64,000 nt of DNA, taken from Antedon mediterranea. Taxonomy: Eukaryota > Animalia > Echinodermata. Under the pieces are notes generated by a model. It ran no database searches and was not told where the DNA came from. It saw nothing but the letters and a program-made list of their open reading frames with translations. Every line of letters starts with the position of its first letter. Position 1 is the stretch's first letter. Made by a program: the position numbers and the translations under genes. The stretch covers positions 11,943,888 to 12,007,887 of the forward strand of contig NC_092676.1 of assembly GCF_964355755.1 (NCBI RefSeq), given 5' to 3'. This document shows, piece after piece, positions 36,201 to 49,400 of the stretch.

Positions 36201-39200
36201 TAAAATCGGGGTCGATGTCTGTACGTAAAATCGGGGTTAATGTCTGTACGTAAAATCGGGGTCGATATATGTACATAAAATCGGGGTCGATGTCTGTACG
36301 TTAAATCGAAGTCGATGCCTGTACGGTAAACCGGGTTCGATGTCTGTACGTAAAAACGTTGTCGATGTGTGTACCTCAAAATGGGGTCGATTTCTGTACG
36401 CCAAAACTAGGTCGATGTCTGTACGTAAAAACAGAGTCGATGTCTGTACGTAAAATCGAAGTCGATGTCGGTACGTAAAAACTAGGTCGATGTCTGTACG
36501 TAAAAACAGAGTCGATGTCTGAATGTCAAAACGGGGTCGATGTCTGTACGTCAAAACTAGGTCGATGTCTGTACGTAAAAACGGGGTTGATGGCTGTACG
36601 TAAAATAGGGATAGATGTCGTTACGTAAAATCGAGGTTGATATCTGTACATAAAATCGGGTCGATGTCTGTACGTAAAATCGGGGTCGATGTATGTACGT
36701 AAAATCGGGGTCGATGTCTGTACGTATAATCGAGGTTGATGTCTGTACGTAAAAACTTGGTCGATGACTGTACGTAAAATCGGGGTCGATGTCTGTACGT
36801 AAAATCGGGGTCAATGTCTGTACGTAAAAACTGGGTCAATCTCTGTACGTAAAATAGGGGTCGATGTCTGTACGTCAATACGGGATCGATGTCTGTTCGT
36901 GAAATCGGGGTCGTTGTCTTTACGTAAAATCGCTGTCGATGTATGTACGTAAAATCGGGTTCGATGTCTGTACGTAAAATCGGGTCGATGTCTGTACGTA
37001 AAATCGGGGTCGATGTATGTACGTAAAATAGGGATAGATGTCGGTAAATAAAATCGGGGTCGATGTCTGTACGTAAAATCGAGGTTGATGTCTGTACGTA
37101 AAAACTTGGTCGATGACTGTACGTAAAATCGGGGTCGATGTATGTATGTCAAACGATGTATGTACGTAAAATAGGGATAGATGTCTGTACGTAAAATCGG
37201 GGTCGATGTCTGTACGTAAAATCGAGGTTGATGTCTGTACGTAAAAACTTGGTCGATGACTGTACGTAAAATCGGGGTCGATGTATCTATGTCAAATCGG
37301 GTTCGATGTATGTACGTTAAATCGGGGTCGATGTCTGTACGTAAAATCGGGGTCGATGTCTGTACGTAAAAACTGGGTGGATCTCTGTACGTAAAATAGG
37401 GGTCGATGTCTGTACGTCAATACGGGATCGATGTCTGTTCGTGAAATCGGGGTCGTTGTCTTTACGTAAAATCGCTGTCGATGTATGTAAGTCAAAACGG
37501 GGTCGATATCTGTACGTTAAAACTAGGTCCATGTCTGTAAGTAAAATCGGGGTCGCTGTCTGTACGTAAAATTGAGGTCGATGTCGGTACCTAAAAACGG
37601 GGTCGATGTCTGTATGTAAAATCAGGGTCGATGTCTGTACGTAAAAACTAGGTCGATGTCTGTACGTAAAAACGGAGTCGATATATGTACGTCAAAACTA
37701 GGTCGATGTCTGTTTGTAAAATCAGGGTCGATGTCTGTACGTAAAAACTAGGTCGATGTCTGTACGTAAAAACGGGGTCGATGTCTATACGTAAAATAGG
37801 GGTCGATGTCTGTACGTAAAATCGGGGTCAATATATGTACATAAAATCGGGGTTGATGTCTGTACGTTAAATCGGAATCGATGCCTGTACGGTAAATCGG
37901 GTTCGATGTATGTACGTTAAATCGGGGTCGATGTCTGAACGTAAAATCGGGGTCGATGTCTGTACGTAAAAACTGGATCGATCTCTGTACGTAAAATAGG
38001 GGTCGATGTATATATGTAAAATCGGGGTCGATGTATGTACGTAAAATAGGGATCCATGTCGGTACGTAAACTCGAGGTTGATGTCTGTACGTAAAAACTG
38101 GGTCGATGACTGTATGTAAAATCGGGTCGATGTCTGTACGTAAAATTGGGATCGATGTCTGTACGTAAAATCGGGGTCGATGTCTGTACGTAAAATCGGG
38201 GTCAATGTCTGTACGTAAAATCGGGGTCAATGTCTGTACGTAAAATCGGGGTCGATGTATGTACATAAAATCGGGGTCGATGTCTGTACGTAAAATCGGG
38301 GTCGATGTATGTACGTAAAATAGGGATAGATGTCGGTACGTAAAATCGGGGTCGATGTCTGTATGTAAAATCGATGTTGATGTCTGTACGTAAAAACTTG
38401 GTCGATGACTGTACGTAAAATCGGGGTCGATGTATGTATGTCAAATCGGGTTCGATGTATGTACCTTAAATCGGGGTCGATGTCTGTACGTAAAATCGGG
38501 GTCGATGTCTGTACGTAAAAACTGGGTCGATCTCGGTACGTAAAATCGGGGTCGATGTCTGTACGTCAATACGGGATCGATGTCTGTTCGTGAAATCGGG
38601 GTCGTTGTCTTTACGTAAAATCGCTGTCGATGTATGTAAGTCAAAACGGGGTCGATATCTGTACGTTAAAACTAGGTCGATGTCTGTATGTAAAATCGGG
38701 GTCGCTGTCTGTATATAAAATTGAGGTCGATGTCGGTACGTAAAAACGGGGTCGATGTCTGTATGTAAAATCAGGGTCGATGTCTGTACGTAAAAACTAG
38801 GTCGATGTCTGTACGTAAAATCGGGGTCGATGTCTGTACGTAAAAACTGGGTCGATCTCTGTACGTAAAATAGGGGTCGATGTCTGTACGTCAATACGGG
38901 ATCGATGTCTGTACGTAAAATCGGGGTCAATGTCTGTACGTAAAATCGGGGTCAATGTCTGTACGTAAAATCGGGGTCGATGTATGTACATAAAATCGGG
39001 GTCGATGTCTGTACGTAAAATCGGGGTCGATGTATGTACGTAAAATAGGGATAGATGTCGGTACGTCAAATCGGGGTCGATGTCTGTATGTAAAATCGAT
39101 GTTGATGTCTGTACGTAAAAACTTGGTCGATGACTGTACGTAAAATCGGGGTCGATGTATGTATGTCAAATCGGGTTCGATGTATGTACCTTAAATCGGG

Positions 39201-42200
39201 GTCGATGTCTGTACGTAAAATCGGGGTCGATGTCTGTACGTAAAAACTGGGTCGATCTCTGTACGTAAAATCGGGGTCGATGTCTGTACGTCAATACGGG
39301 ATCGATGTCTGTTCGTGAAATCGGGGTCGTTGTCTTTACGTAAAATCGCTGTCGATGTATGTAAGTCAAAACGGGGTCGATATCTGTACGTTAAAACTAG
39401 GTCGATGTCTGTAAGTAAAATCGGGGTCGCTGTCTGTATGTAAAATTGAGGTCGATGTCGGTACGTAAAAACGGGGTCGATGTCTGTATGTAAAATCAGG
39501 GTCGATGTCTGTACGTAAAAACTAGGTCGATGTCTGTACGTAAAATCGGGGTCGATGTCTGTACGTAAAAACTGGGTCGATCTCTGTACGTAAAATAGGG
39601 GTCGATGTCTGTACGTCAATACGGGATCGATGTCTGTTCGTGAAATCGGGGTCGTTGTCTTTACGTAAAATCTCTGTCGATGTATGTAAGTCAAAACGGG
39701 ATCGATATCTGTACGTTAAAACTAGGTCGATGTCTTTAAGTAAAATCGGGGTCGCTGTCTGTACGTAAAATTGAGGTCGATGTCGGTACGTAAAAACGGG
39801 GTCGATGTCTGTATGTAAAATCAGGGTCGATGTCTGTACGTAAAAACTAGGTCGATGTCTGTACGTAAAAACGAAGTCGATATATGTACGTCAAAACTAG
39901 GTCGATGTCTGTTTGTAAAATCAGGGTCGATGTCTGTACGTAAAAACTAGGTCGATGTCTGTACGTAAAAACGGGGTCGATGTCTATACGTAAAATAGGG
40001 GTCGATGTCTGTACGTAAAATCGGGGTCGATGTATGTACATAAAATCGGGGTTGATGTCTGTACGTTAAATCGGAATCGATGCCTGTACGGTAAATCGGG
40101 TTCGATGTATGTACGTTAAATCGGGGTCGATGTCTGAACGTAAAATCGGGGTCGATGTCTGTACGTAAAAACTGGATCGATCTCTGTACGTAAAATAGGG
40201 GTCGATGTATATATGTAAAATCGGGGTCGATGTATGTACCTAAAATAGGGATCCATGTCGGTACGTAAACTCGACGTTGATGTCTGTACGTAAAAACTGG
40301 GTCGATGACTGTACGTAAAATCGGGTCGATGTCTGTACGTAAAATCGGGGTCAATGTCTGTACGTAAAATCGGGGTCAATGTATGTACGTAAAATTGGGG
40401 TCGATGTATGTACATAAAATCGGGGTCGATGTCTGTATGTAAAATCGGGGTCGATGTATGTACGTAAAATAGGGATAGATGTCGGTACGTAAATTCGGGG
40501 TCAATGTCTGTATGTAAAATTGATGTTGATGTCTGTACGTAAAAACTTGGTCGATGACTGTACGTAAAATCGGGGTCGATGTATGTATGTCAAATCGGGT
40601 TCGATGTATGTACCTTAAATCGGGGTCGATGTCTGTACGTAAAATCGGGGTCGATGTCTGTACGTAAAAACTGGGTCGATCTCTGTACGTAAAATCGGGG
40701 TCGATGTCTGTACGTCAATACGGGATCGATGTCTGTTCGTGAAATCGGGGTCGTTGTCTTTACGTAAAATCGCTGTCGATGTATGTAAGTCAAAACGGGG
40801 TCGATATCTGTACGTTAAAACTAGGTCGATGTCTGTAAGTAAAATCGGGGTCGCTGTCTGTACGTAAAATTGAGGTCGATGTCGGTACGTAAAAACGGGG
40901 TCGATGTCTGTATGTAAAATCAGGGTCGATGTCTGTACGTAACAACTAGGTCGATGACTGTACGTAAAAACGGAGTCAATATATGTACGTCAAAACTAGG
41001 TCGATGTCTGTTTGTAAAATCAGGGTCGATGTCTGTACGTAAAAACTAGGTCAATGTCTGTTCGTAAAAATGGGGTCGATGTCTATACGTAAAATAGGGG
41101 TCGATGTCTGTACGTAAAATCGGGGTCGATGTATGTACATAAAATCGGGGTCGATGTCTGTACGTTAAATTGGAATCGATGCCTGTACGGTAAATCGGGT
41201 TCGATGTATGTACGTTAAATCGGGGTCGATGTCTGAACGTATAATCGGGGTCGATGTCTGTACGTAAAAACTGGGTCGATCTCTGTACGTAAAATAGGGG
41301 TCGATGTATATATGTAAAATCTGGGTCGATGTATGTACGTAAAATAGGGATCGATGTCGGTACGTAAACTCGAGGTTGATGTCTGTACGTAAAAACTGGG
41401 TTGATGACTGTACGTTAAATCGAAGTCGATGCCTGTACGGTAAATCGGGTTCGATGTCTGTACGTAAAAACGTGGTCGATGTCTGTATGTAAAATCGAGG
41501 TTGATGTCTGTATGTAAAAACTTGGTCGATGACTGTACGTAAAATCGGGGTCGATGTATGTACGTAAAATCGGGTTCGATGTCTGTACGTAAAATCGGGG
41601 TCGATGTCTGTACGTAAAATCGGGGTTAATGTCTGTACGTAAAATCGGGGTCGATGTATGTACATAAAATCGGGGTCGATGTCTGTACGTTAAATCGAAG
41701 TCTATGCCTGTACGGTAAATCGGGTTCGATGTCTGTACGTAAAAACGTTGTCGATGTGTGTACCTCAACATGGGGTCGATTTCTGTACGCTACAACTAGG
41801 TTGATGTCTGTACGTAAAAACAGAGTCGATGTCTGTACGTAAAATCGAAGTCGATGTCGGTACGTAAAAACTAGGTCGATGTCTGTACGTAAAAACAGAG
41901 TCGATGTCTGAATGTCAAAACGGGGTCGATGTCTGTACGTCAAAACTAGGTCGATGTCTGTACGTAAAAACGGGGTTGATGGCTGTACGTAAAATCGGGG
42001 TCGATGTCTGTACGTCAAATCGAGGTTGATGTCTGTACGTAAAAACTGGGTCGATAACTGTACGTAAAATCCGGTCGATGTCTGTACGTAAAATTGGGGT
42101 CGATGTCTGTACGTAAAATCGGGGTCGATTTCTGTACGTAAAATCGGGGTCGATTTCTGTACGTAAAAACTTGGTCAATGACTGTACGTAAAATCGGGGT

Positions 42201-42718
42201 CGATGTATGTACGTAAAATCGTGGTCGATGTATGTACGTCAAATCGGTGTGGCTGTCTGTACGTAAAATCGTGGTCGATGCCTGTACGTAAAAACTGGGT
42301 CGATGTTTGTACGTCAAAACGAGGTCGATGTCGGTACGTAAAACTAGGTCGATGTCTGTTTGTCAAAACGGGGTCGATGTCTGGCTGTACGTAAAATCGG
42401 GTCGATGTCTGTACGTAAAATCGGGGTCGATGTCTGTACGTAAAATCGGGGTCGATGTCTGTACGTAAAATCGAGGTTGATGTCTGTACGTAAAAACTTG
42501 GTCGATGACTGTACGTAAAATCGGGGTCGATGTATGTACGTAAAATCGGGTTCGATGTCTGTACGTTAAAACGGGGTCGATGTCTGTACGTAAAATCGGT
42601 GTCGATGTATGTACGTAAAAACTAGGTCGATGTCTGTACGTAAAAACGGGGTCGTTGTCTGCACTTAAAAACGGGGTCGATGTCGGTACGTAAATTCTGA
42701 GTAGATTTCTGTTCGTTC

Positions 42719-42918
42719 CTATTAATCAAATAATCAACACAAAATTTCCTGGTATATTTATTGACGACAGACTTAACTGGAAATCCCAGTTTCTAATTGT
42801 ATTATATTATTTATATTTTATTATTTGTTTCGAGGAGCCTATTCACCACAAGCTTTGCTTTCTTTTAGGCTCCTCCACTTTATATTTATATATTTGTAAA
42901 GTGAAATAAATAAATGAA
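42719..42918 (+). mobile_element. Truncated L2/CR1-group LINE fragment with 3' end
   Basis: Translates INQIINTKFPGIFIDDRLNWKSQ, like the KFLG..ID..L.W..H RT motif. Followed by stem-loop gaggagccta..taggctcctc and a (TAAA)n tail. Confidence 0.6.
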
Positions 42919-43179
42919 ACATTGCCGCCAAGCAAAACATGTTGATGCTCAACGCGTGACACACATGGGAAAATCTTTGTACTCACCACATTGACAACCA
43001 GCCATGATGGAAGGTGAACAATCGGCCCTGGTGCATTTTGGCCAGCATGCCAAAAAAATGTTTGTAAAAGAATGTGGTGGGAAAATGGAGATATTCGAGA
43101 AATGTGCTGAGGTACGTAAGGACAAATTTAAGCGTCTTGTGTTTCTTTCTTATTTTTTAGTATGTTTTCTTTTGTTATT

Positions 43180-43513
43180 TGTAATTCCTCTAGTTGTTCC
43201 CATGCACTGACGTCTGTGACTTCATCTACAGACAATCCGTATATACCACCACTATCCTTTATTCTGTTTACAAGTTGTTGCTGAATGTCCTCTGACAGTT
43301 GAGCAATTGAGTTTTAGTGGTCTTAGAAATATAGCTGGCGTTTCGAGCGCAACTACTTAAATGGTCATTAAGCGACTCATCACTTTCTGCCATAAGTCGC
43401 AGCAACTCCTTTAAATTGCCCATGTGTGTGTCTGTGAAGGCAAGAGGTGATCCACCATCACTGTGACCTCGTAGGGATATCCCTTGTCCTCCACAATACT
43501 CCAGTGAGTGCAC
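43180..43513 (-). pseudogene. hAT transposase fragment (ZMYM1/PRKRIR-like, DUF4371 region)
   Basis: CGGQGISLRGH..GNLKELLRLMAESDESLNDHL...NASYISKTT..QLL, then after a frameshift ..IYGLSVDEVTDVSAWEQL (first catalytic Asp motif). Confidence 0.85.
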
Positions 43514-43542
43514 GAATTACCGAAAACATTACGCACGTAATT

Positions 43543-43735
43543 ACATACAGACATCGACCCCAATTTTACGTACAGACATCGACTCGTTTTTAAGTAAAGA
43601 AATCGACCCGTTTTTAAGTACAGATATCTCCCAGTTTTTAAGTAAAGATATCTCCCCGTTTTTAAGTACAGATATCTCCCCGTTTTTAAGTACAGATATC
43701 TCCCCGTTTTAAGTGCAGATATCTCCCCGGTTTTA
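43543..43735 (-). repeat. Short inverted patch of the 25-bp satellite (24-bp variant)
   Basis: tacagacatcgaccccaattttacgtacagacatcgac.. is the reverse complement of the main array. Confidence 0.9.
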
Positions 43736-44275
43736 AAGGCCAGGTGCGGGCAAAACATTTCTATTGATCATACATTCCAATAATTATCGATCTATAGCTT
43801 TCCCCATGTTTCATATTTTTTGGGATTTTATTTGTGTTACACAAGCTTGTTGAAAATAAGCACTTTCTTATCAGTGGGGGGATAGTTCAAATTACACAGT
43901 AAAATCTCTATTCTTTTGTACACAAATGTTGTAAATAGAGAGGCATTTTAAAAAACTATTAAAAATAAACGGCGTTGTAAAAAATGTTATCAGATGACTA
44001 AATATAGGTAATATATGTAAAACGAACTGTGGTCGAGCACGGACGTGTTTTGTTCGAGCTCTGTACTTCACTATTTTTCCTTGTTTTCGACTGAGCTGAA
44101 TCTGGTCTAACTACAAACTTTGATGTTTATGATCTGTTTAAGACTGATCTGTTTATGATCTGTCTATGATCTGTTTGACTGGTGTTTGACTGTTTCGTGA
44201 GTTTTTCTGTGTTTTTCTGTTACATTAAAACACTAGCGTTGCACGTTATTCTAGGATTCTGAAACACCCGCTGTT

Positions 44276-46452
44276 GGGTCGAAATTTGGCCATTTTTCGA
44301 AAAATTGGCCATTTTTCGAAAAATTGTTTAAAATTAAAAAATTATGCTATAATATTGCCATTTATGCAAATATGTTGTGCTAACATCATCTTATAGAGCC
44401 ATAGTAACTAGTTATGTCAAAAAATAAAAGGGTTGAAATTTGAGGGGGACCAAAGGATTTTTTTTGTCGAAAAATGGCAAAAATTTTCCACTTTTTAAAA
44501 TTAAATAATTATGCTATAATATTGCCATTTATGGACATATATTGTGTTAACATCATCTTATAGAGCCATAGTAACTAGTTATGTCAAAAAACAAGGCCAA
44601 CAGCAATAAGTATCGTGCTCTCAGAAATAAATGAACTTTCAAAAAGTAATGTACTTTAAAACTTTTCTGTACATCAAAACAGTTCAAAAAGTACAGAAAA
44701 GCGATAAAACCCAAAGTGATACCGGACCAACAGACAGACCGATCGACCGACATAGTGAACTGTAGAGTCGCGTCCACGCGACTAATTAAAGGTTTGAAGT
44801 TTGGCCATTTTTCGAAAATTTCCCTGCGGGGACCATAGGAATTTTTCAAAAAATGGCAACAATTTCCAATATTATACTATAATTAGGCTATAATATTGCC
44901 ATTTATGCACATATATTGTGTTAACATCATCTTATAGAGCCATAGTAACTAGTTATGTCAAGAAATAAAAGGGTCGAAATTTGGGCATTTTTCGAAAAAT
45001 TTCCCTGCGGGGGACCATAGGATTTTTTTTCGAAATAATGTCAAAATTTCCATTGTTTAAAATTTAAAAATTATGCTATAATATTGCCATTTATGCAAAT
45101 ATATTGTGCTAACATCATCTTATAGGGCCGTAGTAACTAGTTATGTCAAAAAATAAAAGGATCGAAATTTGGCCATTTTTCGACAATTTCCCTTTTTAAA
45201 ATTCAAATATTATGCTATAATATTGCCATTTTTGCAAATATATTGTGCTGACATTATCTTATAGAGCCATAGTAACTAGTTATGTCAAAAAATAAAAGGG
45301 TCAAAATTTGGCAATTTTTCGAAAATGTTCCTGCGGGACACCATAGGATTTTTTTTCGAAAAATGGCAAAAATTTCCACTTTTCAAAATTCGAAAATTAT
45401 GCTATAATGTTGCCATTTATACAGATATATTTTGCTAACATTAACATAAATGTCCACCGTTTAAAATTCAATAATTGGCTATAATATTGCCATTTATGCA
45501 CATATATTGTGTTAACATAATCTTATAAAGCCATAGTAACGAGGTATGTCAAAAAATAAAAGGGTCGAAATTTGGCCATTTTTCGAAAATTTTCCTGCGG
45601 GGGACTATATAAATTTTTTCGAATAATGGCAAAATTTTCCACTTTTTCAAAATCAATAATTATGTTATGATATTTCCATTTATGCACATATTGTGTTAAC
45701 ATCATCTTATAGAGACATAGCAGCTAGTTATGTCAAAAAAATAAAAGGGTCGAAAAATGGCAACATTTTCCACTCTTTAAGATTAAATAAATATGCTATA
45801 ATATTGCCATTTATACAGATATATTTTGCTAACATCATCTTATAGAGCCATAGTAACGAATTATGTCAAAAAATAAAAGGGTTGAAATTTGGCCATTTTT
45901 CGAAAATTTCCCTGCAGGAGACCATAGGAATTTTTTCGAAAAATTGACAAAATTTCCAATTTCTAAAATTCGAAAATTATGCTATAATATTGCCATTTAT
46001 GTACATATATTGTGCTAACATCATCTTATAGAGACATAGTAACTAGTTATGTCAAAAAATAAAAGGGTCAAAATTTGGCCATTTTCCGAAAATTTTCCTG
46101 CGGGCGTCCATAGGAATTTTTTTTTCGAAAATGGCCAAAATTTATACTTTCTAAAATTCAAAAATTATGCTATAATATTGCCATTTATGCAAATATATTG
46201 TGCTAACATAATCTTATAGAGACATAGTAACTAGTTATGTCAAAAAATAAAAGGATCGAAATTTGGCCATATTCCGAAAATTTCCGGTTGGGGGACGACA
46301 GGATTTTTTTCGAAAAATAACCAAAATGTCTACCATTTAAAATTCAATAATTAGGCTATAATATATCCATTTTTCGAAAAATAATCAAAATTTCCAGTTT
46401 TTTAAAATTCGAAAATTATGCTATAATATTGCCATTTATGCAAATATATTGT
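44276..46452 (+). repeat. ~185-bp satellite, block 2
   Basis: Same unit and orientation as 17246-18470. Confidence 0.95.
44590..44786 (-). mobile_element. Helentron-associated non-autonomous element (DINE-1/HINE-like)
   Basis: Minus strand: TT-AGTCGCGT-GG-ACGCGACT palindrome (44766-44783), a (GTCG/GTCT)n microsatellite, and the end ..gagcacgatacttattgctgttggccttgTT. Inserted in a T-run of the satellite. Confidence 0.7.
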
Positions 46453-49400
46453 GATGTTTTTGTGTAACCAAGTTTCATCGCAAGGCACAAAATGGTCTAA
46501 AACGTCTCTAATGGTCTAAATGCGATTTGAAGCATTTCCAAGCACTTAGGTGTTTTTATGTTAAAAAGTTTTTTCGAAAATCACAAAATGGTCTAAAAAA
46601 TCTCCAAATGCGATTTGAAGCTATTCTGTGCACTTTGATGTTTTTGTGTAAAAAGTTTTATCGACACGCTCAAAATGGTTTAAAACAATTTCAAACACGG
46701 TATTAAGCTATTTTGTGCAATTTGATGTTTTTGTATGAAAAGTTTTATCGAAATGCACAAAATTGTCTAAAACCTCTCTAAATGCGATTTGAAGCTATTT
46801 TGTACACTTTGATGTTTTTGTGTGAAAAGTTTTATCGAAATGCTCAAAATGCTCTAAAACGGTTTTAAATGTGATTTTAAGCACTTTGATGTTTTTGTGT
46901 AACCAAGTTTCATCGAAATGCACAATATGGTCTAAAACCTCTCTAAATGCGATTTGAAGCTATTTTGTGCAATTTGATGTTTTTGTGTGAAAAGTTTTAT
47001 CGAAATGCACAAAATGGTCTAAAACCTCTCTAAATGCGATTTGAAGCTATTTTGTACACTTTTATGTTTTTGTGTAAAAAGTTTTATCGAAATGCTCAAA
47101 ATGCTCTAAAACGGTTTTAAATGTGATTTTAAGCACTTTGATGTTTTTGTGTAACCAAGTTTCATCGAAATGCACAATATGGTCTAAAACGTCTCCAAAT
47201 GCGATTTGGAGATATTCTAAACACTTTGGTCTTTTTATGTTAACAAATCTTTTCGAAATGCACAAAATTTTCTAAAACGTCTCCAAATGCGATTTGAAGC
47301 ATTTCTAAGCACTTTGGTGTTTTTATGTTAAAAAGTTTTTTCGAAAATGACAAAATGGTCTAAAACGTCAACAAATGCGATTTGAAGCTATTCTGTGCAC
47401 TTTGATGTTTTTGTGTGAAAGGTTTTATCGACATGCTCAAAATGGTTTAAAACGATTTCAAACACGGTATTAAGCTATTTTGTGCAATTTGATGTTTTTG
47501 TGTGAAAGTTTTATCGAAATGCACAAAATGGTCTAAAACCTCTCTAAATGCGATTTGAAGCTATTTTGTACACTTTGATGTTTTTGTGTGAAAAGTTTTA
47601 TCGAAATGCTCAAAATGCTCTAAAACGGTTTTAAATGTGATTTTAAGCACTTTGATGTTTTTGTGTAACCAAGTTTCATCGAAATACACAATATGGTCTA
47701 AAACGTCTCCAAATGCGATTTGGAGATATTCTAAGCACTTTGGTGTTTTTATGTTAACAAATTTTTTCGAAACGCACAAAATGGTCTAAAACGTCTCCAA
47801 ATGCGATTTGAAGCATTTCTAAGCACTTTGGTGTTTTTATGTTAAAAAGTTTTTTCGAAAATCACAAAATGGTCTAAAACGTCTCCAAATGCGATTTGAA
47901 GCTATTCTAAGCACTTCGATGTTTTTGTGTTAACAAGTTTTTTCGAAATGCACAAATTGGTCTAAAACGTCTCCAAATGCGATTTGAAGCTATTTTGTGC
48001 ACTTTGATGTTTCTGTGTGAAAAGTTTTATCTAAAATGCTCAAAATGGTCTAAAACGGTTTCAAATGTGATTATATGCACTTTGATGTTTTTGTGTAACC
48101 AAGTTTCATCGAAATGCACAAAATGGTCTAAAACGTCTCCAAATACGATTTGAAGCATTTTGGTGTTTTTATGTTAAAATGTTTTTTCGAAAATCACGAA
48201 ATGGTCTAAACGTCTCCAAATGCGATTAGAAGCTATTCTGGGCACTTTGATGTTTTTGTGTCAAAAGTTTTATCGACATGCTCAAACTCGTCTAAAACGT
48301 CTTCAAACACGATATTAAGCTATTTTGTGCAATTTGAGGTTTTTTTGTGATAAGTTTTATCGAAATGCACAACATTTTCTAAAACGTCTCTAAATGCGAT
48401 TTGAAGCTATTTTGTACACTTTGATGTTTTTGTGTTAAAAGTTTTATCGAAATGCTCAAAATGCTCTAAAACGGTTTTAAATGTGATTTTAAGCACTTTG
48501 ATGTTTTTGTGTAACCAAGTTTCATCGAAATGCACAATATGGTCTAAAACGTCTCCAAATGCGATTTGGAGATATTCTAAACACTTTGGTCTTTTTATGT
48601 TAACAAATCTTTTTGAAATGCACAAAATGGTCTAAAACGTCTCCAAATACGATTTGAAGCATTTCTAAGCACTTTGGTGTTTTTATGTTAAAAAGTTTTT
48701 TCGAAAATCACAAAATGGTCTAAAACATCTCCAAATGCGATTTGAAGCTATTCTGTGCACTTTCATGTTTTTGTGTGAAAAGTTTTATCGACATGCTCAA
48801 AATGGTTTAAAACAATTTCAAACACGGTATTAAGCTATTTTGTGCAATTTGATGTTTTTGTGTGAAAAGTTTTATCGACATGCTCAAAATGGTATAAAAC
48901 GTCTCTGAATGCGATTTGAAGCTATTTTGTGCACTTTGATGTTTTTGTGTGAAAAGTTTTATCGAAATGCTTAAAATGCTCTAAAACGGTTTTAAATGTG
49001 ATTTTAAGCACTTTGATGTTTTTGTGTAACCAAGTTTCATCGAAATGCACAAAGTGGTCTAAAACGCCTCCAAATGCCTTTTGAAGATATTCTAAACACT
49101 TTGGTCTTTTTATGTTAACACATTTTTTCGAAATGCACAAAATGGTCTAAAACGTATCCAAATGCAATTTGAAGCTATTCTGTACACCTTGATATTTTGT
49201 GTAACCAAGTTTCATCGAAATGCACAAAATGGTCTAAATCGTCTCCAAATGCGATTTGAAGCATTTCTAAGCACTTTGGTGTTTTTATGTTAAAAAGTTT
49301 TTTTCGAAATGCACAAAATGGTCTAAAACGTCTCCAAATGCCATTTTAAGATATTCTGTGCACTTTGATGTTTTTGTGTGAAAAGTTTTATCGACATGCT

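Larger units (their letters stand above)
20293..42712 (+). repeat. 25-bp CpG-rich satellite (GTCGATGTCTGTACGTAAAATCGGG)n with higher-order repeats, interrupted at 21439-24324
   Basis: About 19.5 kb of 24-26-bp units. Duplicated variant blocks are visible from repeated ORF-track entries. Confidence 0.98.

Noticed and set aside
20614-42394. Dozens of minus-strand ORFs (YRHRPRFYVQTSTPILRTDIDPDFT repeats)
   Set aside because: These are translations of the 25-bp satellite, whose minus strand lacks stops in all frames. Indels are frequent and there is no coding signal.
20293-42712. CRISPR-like appearance of short regular repeats
   Set aside because: The units are contiguous with no unique spacers, there are no cas genes, and the context is eukaryotic.
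43733-44275. TTAA|AGGCCAGGTGCGGG possible Kolobok end and short gatctg repeats
   Set aside because: No matching opposite terminus or TSD found.
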